DNA of 62,909 nucleotides, counting the filler, from Aduncisulcus paluster (Eukaryota), in NCBI GenBank assembly GCA_024181965.1. It is 4 parts of 4 records of this genome, joined end to end, with 100 filler letters (N's around TTAATTAATTAA, not from the genome) between each part and the next. Parts side by side here need not be neighbours in the genome. Positions count along the whole stretch, not along the records: positions 1 to 18,737 come from BQXS01012729.1; positions 18,838 to 37,974 come from BQXS01012730.1; 2 more parts are not named here. One strand, 5' to 3'. Position 1 is the stretch's first letter, and the number at the start of each line of letters is the position of its first letter. Position numbers and translations under genes: made by a program. The notes under the pieces were generated by a model, which had not been told where the DNA came from, ran no database searches, and saw nothing but the letters and a program-made list of their open reading frames with translations. Shown piece after piece: positions 12,040 through 23,700 of this stretch.

Positions 12040-12403
12040 GATTTATATTGGTGTATGATATCAAAACGAAAAAAAAAAATTCTTGCCAAACTGGAGGGTT
12101 TAATCAACTTAAAAAAGTAGAATAATCAACAATTGATTCAAAATAAAAACCAAATATAAAAAAAATCCCATTTTATACTTGAAGAAGCAGAGATACAAAA
12201 AGAATCCGATCCAGTCCACAATTTGAGGAATATTTTGCGTTTCAAAGTGATATTTGCATAAAATAGCAATATATATGTATATATTTATCAAATAAAACGA
12301 AATGAATTTATTGCAATGGTACAGCACACAGATGTCTCAGCTTGAAGCTGAGCTTGAGAAAAATAGAAAAATGTTGAAAAGCAATTTTTTTATATATCGA
12401 TCT

Positions 12404-13717
12404 CTATTTTTTATATGGCTTGAAGAAACCGTCTTGAAGGACAGATCTAACCGTCCCATTGGTCCGTTTCCCACGAGGGGGTGGGGTTGGAGGAGGGAAT
12501 GAACCATCTGGATTGGATCCAATGATACGTTTCATCTCAATCCTTTTCCCGACTGGTCTCACCTTTTCTTTTGCCGCCAAATCCCCGAAAAAGCCTTTCG
12601 CCCTTTCCTTTGTCAGAGTTCCTTCACGGTCCCAACAATGCAGAGCAGCATCCCTTGGTGGAGGTACAAAAGCAGCCACTTTCTTTCGTCTTGTCCTTTG
12701 ACTATATGATCCTCCGAACATGCTCTTGATACTCAATGAATCAGGCACAGGAGTACCTTTACCACGCATACGATGTATAATTCCAGCATTCTCCACAACG
12801 TCAGAGGGTCTAGAACTAGCGAAGGATGAAGCAGAACGAGGGGGATCTGAAGAACCTGGCGAAGATGAAGAAAATTCAGTTGCCTTTTTCTTTGTTTGAA
12901 TCCGGTCAATATCCCCAATATTCTCAAATCTTGTGGTGATGTGTTTCCTTTGTTTATGTTGAGGGGGGTCTAATAATCGAGAGTTTTTAGCAGCAACACA
13001 TGAAGCGACCGCAGAAGAAGACCACAATTTAGTGATAGATGAACTATGTTTCTTTTCTCTGTCTTCAGATACCATTCTTGCAGCCACAGCCTCCTTCAGG
13101 GCTTCATCCATCTTGATTGCCTTTGTCATCATTGATTTATGACCTCTACCCATCATTTCATCCATCACGGATCCCAATTGAGCAGTACTTATTAAATCAC
13201 GACGCATGTTATCACGTCTAAGTTTATCAATAGCAGCAGCACGAACCTTCCTTCTAGCACGTTCATTTGCACTCTCATAAACAAGAACAGATCTTCTATC
13301 TTCAGGATAATAGGTTCCGGCCATGCTTGTAAAAGCTTGCTTCGGGGGCTCTAATTCTTTAACTGAAGGCTCATAGACAATACCATTACGAGATAAATGG
13401 GGAATGTCCAGAGTTTGAGTGAGTCTTGGACTAACAGTGACGGATTTGGCTCGATGTCTACGCAAAATATGCCTTGCACTCTCAACAGGATTCCTTTTGC
13501 AACTACCAATAAAAAACTTCTGATCTTTATCAAGTGAACTCACCCTATCACGGGGAATTTTTGGCAAATTTCCGCCAATAGTGTGACTTTTTAAGGATTT
13601 GGGAGTAGAATTTCCTAAACGTGTGGTTCCATATACAGGATTGTCAAAAAAATTTTGAAGTTCTTCAATACTACGCTGTTTCTGCTTTCCTTCTTTGTCA
13701 CGAAAGGAGGATATCAT
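12404..13717 (-). CDS. Hypothetical basic protein (437 aa)
   Basis: Long ATG-started ORF in coding-like composition between AT-rich spacers. No recognised domain. Confidence 0.7.
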   Translation of the reverse strand: MISSFRDKEGKQKQRSIEELQNFFDNPVYGTTRLGNSTPKSLKSHTIGGNLPKIPRDRVSSLDKDQKFFIGSCKRNPVESARHILRRHRAKSVTVSPRLTQTLDIPHLSRNGIVYEPSVKELEPPKQAFTSMAGTYYPEDRRSVLVYESANERARRKVRAAAIDKLRRDNMRRDLISTAQLGSVMDEMMGRGHKSMMTKAIKMDEALKEAVAARMVSEDREKKHSSSITKLWSSSAVASCVAAKNSRLLDPPQHKQRKHITTRFENIGDIDRIQTKKKATEFSSSSPGSSDPPRSASSFASSRPSDVVENAGIIHRMRGKGTPVPDSLSIKSMFGGSYSQRTRRKKVAAFVPPPRDAALHCWDREGTLTKERAKGFFGDLAAKEKVRPVGKRIEMKRIIGSNPDGSFPPPTPPPRGKRTNGTVRSVLQDGFFKPYKK

Positions 13718-13926
13718 ATTTTGTAGCCAAAATAGGATATCTCGATATTGAATAATTCCATGGACAAAAAAAATATAAAATCTTACTAATTATATAAATT
13801 AACAAAAATCTTTCACCCATCTGCTTCATTATATATGTAAATAGTCTCAGAATAGAAACGGGCTTCTAGTTTGTTAGCATACCATAAATCAAGATTCATT
13901 TCCCTTTTTATTTGTAGTATATCACA

Positions 13927-16900
13927 ATGGTAGAGCTTACAAATGATCTACCGTATGATTTGAAGGGAGCCAAAGGATTTGTATTGCTCCTTGCCAATAT
14001 TCGGAATGATCAGCCAGAAGAATTGTCAAGTATGTTTTAAATATTTTGATTTATTACATATATGATCTATTTTATGATCCTGTATCCTCATTATATTTTC
14101 ATTTCGTCTCTCCCTCACATTTTATATAGAAATATTCGATAGTGCAACAAAAATGCTCAGAAACAAAATAGAAGGCATGCCTAAAGGGTTGGCTGAACTT
14201 ATAAATCATGCATCTGGTCATATTAATTCGGGATCAGCTACAAGTCATTCTACTTGTTCTGCCATCTCTCTTATGGAAACTGCAATTCATAAACCAGATT
14301 TATATCCATCGTTCAAAAGTGAGCAGCTTCTCCCTCCAACCATGTCAGCCGTGTTATTTGTTTTGTCAAATTGTGCAAAATCTCAGATTCCTGAAGACGT
14401 TCTTGATGCTGTTCTCTCCCTTTTATCCACTCTCCTTCTTCCTGATCCCGACGCTCCCCTTGTTCCATCATTAAGACATGGTTTGGATGCATTTCTCCCC
14501 CCATTATTGATTCATTTTCATACAATATTTCAACTCTGGCCCGTAGAAGCCCCCAATAGACCCCCATTAAAGATTAGTCAGTTAGAATCTGCTATATATA
14601 AGATGTATTCTGTGCGGAAAAGAGTTACATTTAAGGCGGCGGGTGGCTTTTCTCCCACATCCGATCCCCCGACAGCTCCTTCTTTGGGATCTCCTGAAGA
14701 ATTAGGAGGAAGTACAACAAAATCCTCCTCTTCCTCTGCTTCTTCAACGGGGTTTTCAACTCCCTCGTCCCCAATTAGAGTGACACGAGTCGATGTGGCA
14801 TCTCGTTCGCGATACTCAATCCCCCAATCATCTCTCTCCTCCCTATTAATGGATTGTGAGAAAGTCCTGGGTATTCATATTGAAGTTCCTCACACTCAAC
14901 GCGATGGGATAGAGGCTGTATTTGTGATGTCATGGTGTATTGATGTGTGTGTTAGAGTAGTCGATTCATGTGTGGCCTCCTCTTCACAAAGTCTTCATGA
15001 ACATTTCCCAGCATGTGTCCGGATCCTATGTCGATGTTTCTCATCTTTGAGGATTGGAATGATCCGAGACTCGCTTCAGAATCTATTTGAAATGGCTTGT
15101 ATCTTCTTCAGTCAGCATCCTGAGACCACAGTGGCCGAACAAACCTTACTTTTTTCAACCCTTTTGCTCCTTGAGACGAAGAAACCCGCGGTTTCCTCCC
15201 GGAAGCCACATTCATCCGAGATGTCAGGGAGTTCCAGCGATGAATTTGTTTCTGAGTCACATCTGAGTCATTCAGCATCGTCATCATCCATCGAAGAAGG
15301 CAGTAGTAGTACACCAATTCGAACCTTTATGGGTGGCAGTGCGATGCCTCAACTTTCCCTCTTATCATTGACTTCACAAACCCATATTAAGATGATCCCA
15401 GATTCCTATTGTCTTCAATGTCTCTGTTCCTTGATGAATACCCTTTATGAGACCGATATTAAGTGTATATTTACCCTCATCTCCTCAGTATGTGATCGTC
15501 TCTTCAAGCCACTTTCCTCGTATGATCTTAAGGCCAGTGATTCCCTCAAGGAAGTCCCAGCTTCAAACAATTGGAGACGCAATATGACAATACTCTCACC
15601 ATTATCGACAACTACAAATCCGAATCCTCCATCCATGACCACCGTCGAGGATGAAATATTTTATGTGCTAAGGGATGAGCAATATATCGGAGTGTTGAAT
15701 AGATTCAGAGAGATGCTGTATATCTTTGTTGAGAAGGCCAAGAGTGATCAACAGAAGGCTGGAACTGATCTCTCATATATTGCTCCTTTTGAGGATGACG
15801 ATTTCACGCCGAAACCTGGGGAAAATCCTGCTCAAAGAGAGCGGAGGAGACAAGAGAAGCAGCGTAAAATAACTGACTCTATTTCATACCAACAACAAAG
15901 TATATCCGAAGCTGTATCGCCTGCCTTTCTGATATCCCACGCCCTCTCTTCTGTCTCCGTTCTCTCTTCGATCCTTTGCGGGATGGGTGAAAGACGGTGG
16001 AGAGGGAAGAAAATGGAAAAACGAGGTGGAGAGGCCTTTGGAAGATTATTTACCAAAGTATTCACCATTACTGAGAAAATGCGTATTAAATATAATAAGT
16101 TTTCACAGACTGTCCATCATAGCATGCTTGAACGTCAGCCTTACCCGAGTGTGACCAACGCCAGACAACAAGCTGTCGTTTCCAAGATGACTACGCTTTA
16201 CTTGGAAGCCAATGTTGAAGAGTATGTTAGATCTGTTTCTTCGATAAGTGAAGCCATGTCTACTCCGTTTTGCTGCCTTCCCTCAGTCATCGCTCACCCT
16301 TCACAGTGTCTGAGAATTGGAGCTGCACTTGTCAGTGGGTTGTTCCTGAACCCTCCTATGATATGGAGGACAACTTTCTCACTTGACGAGACTATTGTCC
16401 GATGCTGCCGGAGCATCATTGATTCAGACTTTTTGGTGAATGATATCAACAATATTACATTTAATATTAGTACCTTATGTTGTATTTTTAGAGAAATTAC
16501 TCTTATTTCTCCACCTCTATCCTCTACAAGTAACATTATAAAAGATATCACTTCTGAAGACCCGGAAAGGGCTTCAGAATCATCCCATGTCGGTAGTTCT
16601 TCATCTTCTTCATCTTCATCTTCTTCATCATCAGTTTCAATGGGTGGAAAGCAACAAGGTGTTGCATATAAACCAGAGCTTTCATTCTCAGACTTTCTTC
16701 ATCTCAAACAAACATGTATGTCAGTTTGTGAAAGCCTATTGGCTCTTAACAATGAGACAAAAAAGCACATTTCACTGGGAGTTCCTGTCTTACAGAGTGG
16801 ACAAAGACAACATCAAGATTCTTCTGCCAAAATAGTACGTTCTGGTGGCATCCCTGGTCAATCATCTCTCGCTATTGCTCAAAATAAGCCTTCTTACACT

Positions 16901-18550
16901 CAAATATTCTCAGATGCGAAGAAAACAAAGTTATTCCACATGTTTGATGGCTCAATTGAACCTGAAAGTCTTGAACAAGCTACACAACTGCATGCAAGGA
17001 TATACATGTGCTTGTCAATACTTTTGTCATTCTACCACCTCTGTTTGGATAAGCTATATGGTGTGGTGAATGATAGCTTTGCTGACTCAAGTTACTCAAA
17101 GTCTCCATTCATAGATTCTTCTTCGAGGGAGAAAAGAAGCACTGCTCGTAATTTTGTTTCTTCGCCGATTGTTCCTGTTAAAAAGATGTTGTATTCATCT
17201 GCCCGGACTGTTTCTTCCCCACCCATGAATGTCCCAACAATCATCTCCAAACCAATGATTACCAACGCTGACATTTCGTTTGTGATTAGGGTATCAGAGT
17301 GTGTCCGACAGGGTATTCATGCCTTCAATGGTAAGGATAAGAGTTCGAATGAAAGCGAAGATCCTGGAAAAAAGAGGAAAATGTCAGAGTCATCTCTCTG
17401 TTCTGAAGGCTCTTCTGGTAAATCTGATTCATTGACAGCTCTCTCGGTTCTCTTGTCTGAATTATGCTCTTATTGGCCATCTGCAGTCGAGATTGATCCT
17501 CTGATCAGTGTTTGCGTACAAGGCAAGGATCATTCAAAGGTCCCTGTGAAGGAAGAAGCTGCAACTGAACACAAGAAGCTGGATACTGTTCCCGAAGAGC
17601 AGAAAAAGACAGTTGTTCCTGCCAAAGTAAGGGAAAAAATGAGATCCAAGAAAGGAATTCATCCTTCTCCTACTGCTGCCAATTCCACTCTCTCTTCCTC
17701 TTCCCCGACGATGAGACTGATGACAATATCAGCACATTCTACCTGTCCCTTCACTCTCCACACAACACATTCGTTGCTATTTATCCTGGCTTCTGTCGTA
17801 CCATTCTTCCCTCTTCCTACTGATGTGGAAGGGAAAGAGGATATTCAGATAAAGATTAAAATAATGCGTGAGAAACTCGAATCGTCCACGAATGATGTTG
17901 ACTCACCCATTGCCTTGGCCTCAATATCCACTCTCTCACTCTGCATATCTCTGTGTTGGAGTGTTCTTGAGGATGTTGATGGCCATACTCCTCCTCACCT
18001 CCTGGATTGTGCTGTGAATCTCTTGGCTTCGGCGACTGTACTCTCTCCCACAACTTTCTCCACTTTTGTCATGGATCGATTTTATCATGCCGATGACACT
18101 GTCCGGTTTGCTGCAATCAGAGCCTCCAGAAACATATATTCTCGTCTTAATGTAGCCAGTTCATCATACATCAAGGATATGCAGGTGTTCAAGGATCGGA
18201 AAGTCCAAGGTAATGTTAGATGGTGGTCCCTGGCAGATGTATCAGAGAAACAAACACGCAGACCGCTTCCATCCTTCCTGACTCTTGACCTTTGCGGGCT
18301 TCGGATTGGAGATTTCTCTCTCTTTCCGCGGCCATTTGTGGAAATATCAGTTCGAAAAAGCCTCGTTGAGGAGAAAAAGGAAGAAGGGCAGAGAGCTGAA
18401 AATCGATCCAAGCGGGGCGCTGATCTTGTTCAGAAAAAACTCGACAGAAAGCGTAAAGAAGAGGCAGAACGACAAAGGGTTCTCTCTCTTAAGATAAAGC
18501 GACAGGAAGAGATGCAGAAACGTAAACAACAAGCAAGAGAACCCGAGGAA

Positions 18551-18585
<35 letters not shown>

Positions 18586-18737
18586 AGAAGAAGAAGAAGA
18601 AGAAGAGAACGAAGGAGAGGAAGAAGAGGATGAGGAGGAAGAGGAAGAAGATGCTCACAATGCTTCTGGAGATGTGAGGACATCTAATGTATCCGATACT
18701 GGTCCTCCCTCACCCATTGTTAATCCAAAGTCAATGA
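13927..18737 (+). CDS. Large alpha-helical protein, 3'-truncated by contig end; possible UNC80-like segment
   Basis: ATG at 13927. A GTATGT...TATAG intron at 14030-14129 joins in frame to the 14153 ORF. Ser-rich and poly-Glu tracts are present. The ORF runs into the linker. Confidence 0.75.
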
Positions 18738-18837
18738 NNNNNNNNNNNNNNNNNNNNNNNNNNNNNNNNNNNNNNNNNNNNTTAATTAATTAANNNNNNN
18801 NNNNNNNNNNNNNNNNNNNNNNNNNNNNNNNNNNNNN
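18738..18837. other. Artificial contig linker
   Basis: N44-TTAATTAATTAA-N44, 100 nt, giving stops in all six frames. Confidence 0.97.
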
Positions 18838-19553
18838 TATCTAATTTTGTTTGCTAATTTTTGAACAATATGTAGCTTTTTTAGGTAGTTAGCTTTCCTT
18901 CTTTTCCTTTTGGCCATAGATTTGTCTATTTTCTCGAAATCTGTATATGTATCTAAATATAAACTGAAAAGGGGTCTAAAAAAAATAGGATTATCAATGG
19001 TAAATGATCCTAAGAATCTTCCTGTAACGTGATCACTCTTCGACAACCATCGAGGCCTTGGAACAAGGAACTTCCATGTTGTTGTCGATCTAGCGCTCTC
19101 GAGTGAAACACCATCCCAAACTTCGAAAGAGATACCAAACAGTACACTCCTGCCAGGATCAATACCCACTAAGAGGGTTTTTGTGGGTTCATCTGTGGTG
19201 ATCTGTGCCTGAATCTGATTCAGCATACTATGCCTAGTACTAGCAGGGAAGGGAAGACATTTATCCCTTGTTGTCGCGGTAAGGCTTAAGTCGAATCCAT
19301 CGGACTCGATATGGGTTGTGAAGCTGGTATTCAATGGCAACCCATATCGAGTCCGTATAAGATTCCTTATTCTTCTAGCCTTTACCTTAATGTACTCATT
19401 GTAAGTCTTCGTTGGCATATAGGTGTACAATGATCCGCCCTTGGACAACGAAGGGGTCTTATGAAAAGCCCATCGTTGCCCGTAATACATAATTGCATCT
19501 GCTAGTCCATGTCCGGGATCAAGTGCTTCTCCAGCTGGTCCAATGTTTTCCAA
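18838..19553 (-). mobile_element. Fanzor/TnpB-like RNA-guided endonuclease fragment (RuvC-I region), truncated at contig end
   Basis: The translation shows SFTTHIESDGFDLSL, then LLVGIDPGRSVLFGI (candidate catalytic Asp at 19160-19158), then a basic helix LFSLYLDTY...KRKRRKANYLKKLHIVQKLANKI. This order matches Fanzor1-type proteins. RuvC-II/III and the Zn finger would lie beyond the gap. Confidence 0.65.
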
Positions 19554-19783
19554 AAAAAAAGGAAAACGGCTTTTTTTTTTTCAAGGGTTTTCTAATTCTT
19601 GTATGAATATTTTCCCTTAAATTGGAGGTTTTTATTTTGTCTTAAAGATAGAACTTTTCCTCCTTCCATTGGTAGGGTGTTTTTAATTTTTTTTTACATC
19701 CTCCCTTTTTTTTGGCTTTTTTTTTTTACGACCGCTTCCCCCGTCCGTTCCGGTAATTGGCTTTCTTTTTTTTTTTTTTTTTT

Positions 19784-19954
19784 GCTCAGCATGGAGCACT
19801 TCAATTACCTCCGTGCTGAGCAGGTCACGATGCTCGGTCTCTCTCTGCCAGAGCCGTGCTCAGGTAGGGAGATGATGGAGAGATGTGTTCGTCGACATAG
19901 GGAGGCCCTGGATTCATTATTCCCTCGATTAATGTTGAGGCCAATCTATGAACA
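19784..19954. other. GC-rich multi-hairpin segment abutting a T18 run; candidate ncRNA or transposon-end structure
   Basis: 13-bp stem GCTCAGCATGGAG (19784-19796) / CTCCGTGCTGAGC (19809-19821) with one G-U. Further stems are CATAG/CTATG, AGGG/CCCT and CCTCGA/TTGAGG. Confidence 0.4.
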
Positions 19955-20342
19955 GCAGTGTTGTTTTGGACAGTATCTTCTTTTCGAGGGGAAGAGTATA
20001 TGCGATTTATTCGTTTCCTGTCCCAAATGGCACAAGGCTGCAACAGAATTGCGGAATAAAATCAAATCGTGCAATACTCCAAAATAGAATAAATTTTGGA
20101 AATAATAACCCTCATTATCCAAAAATTTTATTTTTTTTAGCTCCCACCGTTGGTGGTAAGATTGTAGCCAACGAAGATTTTTTGATCATAAACTAGAGCA
20201 CGATAACAAAATATAAAACAAAATCTAATAAGCAATTTTACGGATTTATGTGAGTAAAATTCGGATTTATCACGTGGAATAAGTGAATAGAGTTTCATTC
20301 AATATTCGTCATAACCGAATCGTGATTGGAACTCGCTTCAAG

Positions 20343-20633
20343 ATGGATGAACTTGAAACAAAGATGGATATGCTTTTAGAAGCATTCCAAGGACTCAAAA
20401 AATCAACTCCTGCTCAAGATTTAGGTAAAACAAGAGAGTTATTGAAGAGTTTGGTTATCCTTAAAGATACTATGATTATAGAGGCTGATGAGATGAAAAA
20501 AGTTATAAAAGAAAGAGATGAACTCAAAAAGGAAAACGAAGAAATGAAAGAGGAAAAGGAGAGGCTCGAATACAGAATCCTTCATTTACAACGGAATTTA
20601 ACTGCTAGGCTCGAAAAGGAACATTTTGAATGA
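20343..20633 (+). CDS. Small coiled-coil protein (96 aa)
   Basis: ATG at 20343. Heptad-rich sequence ending ENEEMKEEKERLEYRILHLQRNL. Confidence 0.7.
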   Translation: MDELETKMDMLLEAFQGLKKSTPAQDLGKTRELLKSLVILKDTMIIEADEMKKVIKERDELKKENEEMKEEKERLEYRILHLQRNLTARLEKEHFE

Positions 20634-20728
20634 TTTCCCACTTCATATTTATTGCAGAATAGTAAATTGTCATGAAATATTTGCCGGTCGTTTCTTACTT
20701 TTTGTTGATTTGGAGTTTTCTCGTCAGC

Positions 20729-23700
20729 ATGAAGAGGCTTGTTTTTGATAAGTCATTTTCTGTCAATAATATCGTTTTAGAATTAACAGATGACATTTAT
20801 TCCAGCGTAATATCTGGTCAATCATCAATTATTGCAAAGGATGATGGATCGGCTTCATTAATTACTGAAAAAGAGTCATATGATATGACCAAAGTAGAAT
20901 CCACTAATACAAATTTAATCGCCACCAATACTACCAAAAGAGATCTTAAACAGCTTGAGAGTCTGATTCTCTCATATGGCCCCCGAGAGTGTGGTTCTTT
21001 TGATCCTATCGAATATAAAAAAGGTGATACTGTCATCGAAGGAGCGTTTAGTTCAATTCTTACCGTCAACAAACGAACTCCAGATTGCCGAAAGGTTTCA
21101 AAGCTGCTTCATCCTGATAAATCCTCTTCTATCAGAGATAGACATACTTTCCCCTTCCACATGTATAAAAGATGGACGGACGATAGCGTGTATATTAAAA
21201 ATATAACAATTGATGAACTCAAAGATACAGCAAAAGCATCTCTTCCGGAAACTATTGTTTTGCTACTTCATATGGGAGCATTCCCAATGCATAATGTCAT
21301 CAATGGACTGCAACCGATGCGTGTATTTGCCAAACAATATGAAAAAAAGATAAAAGCTAAGTCTCTTGCTGACCGTATGAAACCCATGAAGCAATCTCTC
21401 TCTGCCACTGAAAGCGGAGGATTTGGTGGTCACACAGATGTTCGATCAAGTGATTTATCCTTGCCTTCAACTGCTCCGGGGACATTCCCAGCCATGTCGG
21501 TCTCCTCACAGTCGAGCACTTCTCTCTCTTCCTGTTCAAATGACGACAGAGATCCAGACACTCAAGAGCAAATTGATGGACAATCGACGGGTCAGCCGAC
21601 CGCTTCGCCTTCTGCGAGTCCCCTTGTGAGGCAGTCCTTGCTCGCACCTGCCGATTCTCAGGAAATGGACAAACCTGGGCAAAGGTTGACACATCGACAC
21701 CCCCACTTACATACTGGAAGTACCGTAGAGTTTGGAACTATGGATTATACCCACTGGGTGAAGACTATATGCGACTGTATCTGTACTTTTATTCGTGACC
21801 ATGGATTTTCTCAGGAAGAATCGTTATCGCCAGAAATTCCAAAGGTGGAAACAGTTCATAAGAAGCAACATAGTCAAGCGAAGACTGGTCTCTCTCTCTT
21901 TTTGGAGGCACACCGTGGTAAATCAAAAGATTCCTCTCATGGAATCGATAAGTCCATGTATAAGAAGAAGACAAAGGATGAAGAGGAGAAAAAAGAAGAA
22001 GAAAGAGAAGAAGGAGGAAGAGAAGAAGAAGAGAGGAGGGGAAGTGATAGGAAATCATCTCCAAAGATATGTATTTACTTGAACGATTGTGTGGAATATG
22101 TTGTCTCAACTCTGTGTTTTGCCGATAAGAGATCCACAGGGAATGAAGGGAAAGCTGGGGTCATAGCCGTGCTTAGATGGTACATTGCTCTATATCTGTG
22201 TGATTCCATATGGAGAGCCGGTGAATCTAGCACAGAAAAGCGCAAGAGGGATGCATTACTTTCTGCAAACAATGGAAAAGGTGGTAAGATCTCATCAATG
22301 GCAAGGAAGGAAGGTGCCAAGGGCACGAACAAGGGTAGGAATAGAAGAGAGGAAGAAAGTAGTAGCGAAGAGAGTTCTTCTGACACTGATGCTGACTCTC
22401 GAGGTGATACACAGTCGGCATCAGCAAAAACAAACTCAATGTTGGGTCCGACCTCATTTAATTCATTCCGAATCTCTTCAAACTCGCGGTTTTCTGCCGT
22501 ATCATCATCAAGATCTTCTTCTTCTTCTTTCTCTTCTTCTTCTTCTTATCCGATTCCACCGCCTTCTGTTTCGTTGATATTGTTCTGTGAGGAACTGAAA
22601 GAAGTCCATGAATCTATCTCTCCCGATGTGTTGTGCAAGGAAGATGGTTGTTATCCTTGTCTCAGTGTGGCAATGATAATGTGTTTACTTTTGCGCAAAG
22701 TTGATGTTCTCACGGATAAAAATATAGTTGTGCGCGTATGTGGAGAGCGCATGAGGAAAGAACTCTTCACATATGAGCTTGAGAAACTTAAGAAAAAACA
22801 ATTAGATGAGATTAAGAAACAAAGAGAAAGAGACGAAGCAGAAGCCGAAGCCCTGGAGAAGCGGAAAAGATTATTACACAAACACCATGAAGAGGAAGAG
22901 TCCAACGACAATGATGACGATGGTGGTGATATTGTGACCAGTTTTGGAGCACAATCCACCTCACCACGAAAGGATAGGAACAAAGTTGGAGCAGGTGGTT
23001 CTTTTGCTGGAACAGGTGGTTCTTTTGCTGCGATTGGAAAGTCTTATTCAAAGCGAGGACATCCTCAATCTGACATTTCAAATCCAATTTCTCTCAGTTA
23101 TGGGCATAATTACACACTATCTTCACATGAGATGTCGCTTCAGGCTTGTTTTGGACAAACTCCCAAAGTTGTCGATGGTACTGGTGAAACCGAGGAACAA
23201 TTTCTACTTTCTCAGAAGTCAGAGTTTATTAATCATCATTTTAAGTTGTTTGACCTTCGCCAAATCACTCAAAATATTCGAATATCAATAGCTTCAACAT
23301 TTCCTGGTCTCGGACGTTTATTTACGATTCCGTCAGTTGGAAAGTATAAACAATTTTGTGCTCTTCCATCATGCAATCTATCTGGATTGATCCACTCTAA
23401 ACTAGTGGCTGTGAAACCACCATGTCCGATAGATCCTGACCGCGGATTCCTTATGGTCGATCCTTTCCTTCTTCCGTCAAATGCCACCCCATCCGTGATA
23501 TCTGAGCATTTGAACCTTATTAAATCGAGATGGACAATGGATGAACTCAATTGGCTCTTGAAGTACCAAGTTCCATCCTCGTTCAAACCACACTCATTAC
23601 TCATGGTAGAGGATACTGTTGCTGTTTCAAGTGATGAAGAAAGAACCTCTTCTGCTATTTATTCTGCTTCAAAGAAGAAAGAGAAGAGAGAGGAAAAGCT

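Noticed and set aside
18782..18793. TTAATTAATTAA palindrome repeated three times in the window
   Set aside because: An artificial six-frame stop linker between N runs. Genes across linkers are not real neighbours.
19766..19821. Rho-independent terminator or SRP RNA
   Set aside because: The T run precedes rather than follows the hairpin. The GAGCAGGTC resemblance to SRP helix 8 lacks the partner CAGG and GNRA loop.
19599..20087. 162-aa + strand ORF
   Set aside because: It has a non-ATG start and a poly-Phe N-terminus from homopolymers, with no recognisable domain. The 98-aa ATG portion cannot be excluded but is unsupported.
20144..20196. CCACC-GTT-GGTGG hairpin plus downstream CTAG as a Helitron end for the Fanzor element
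   Set aside because: The stem is only 5 bp and the CTAG is ~35 nt away. This is too weak without multi-copy alignment.
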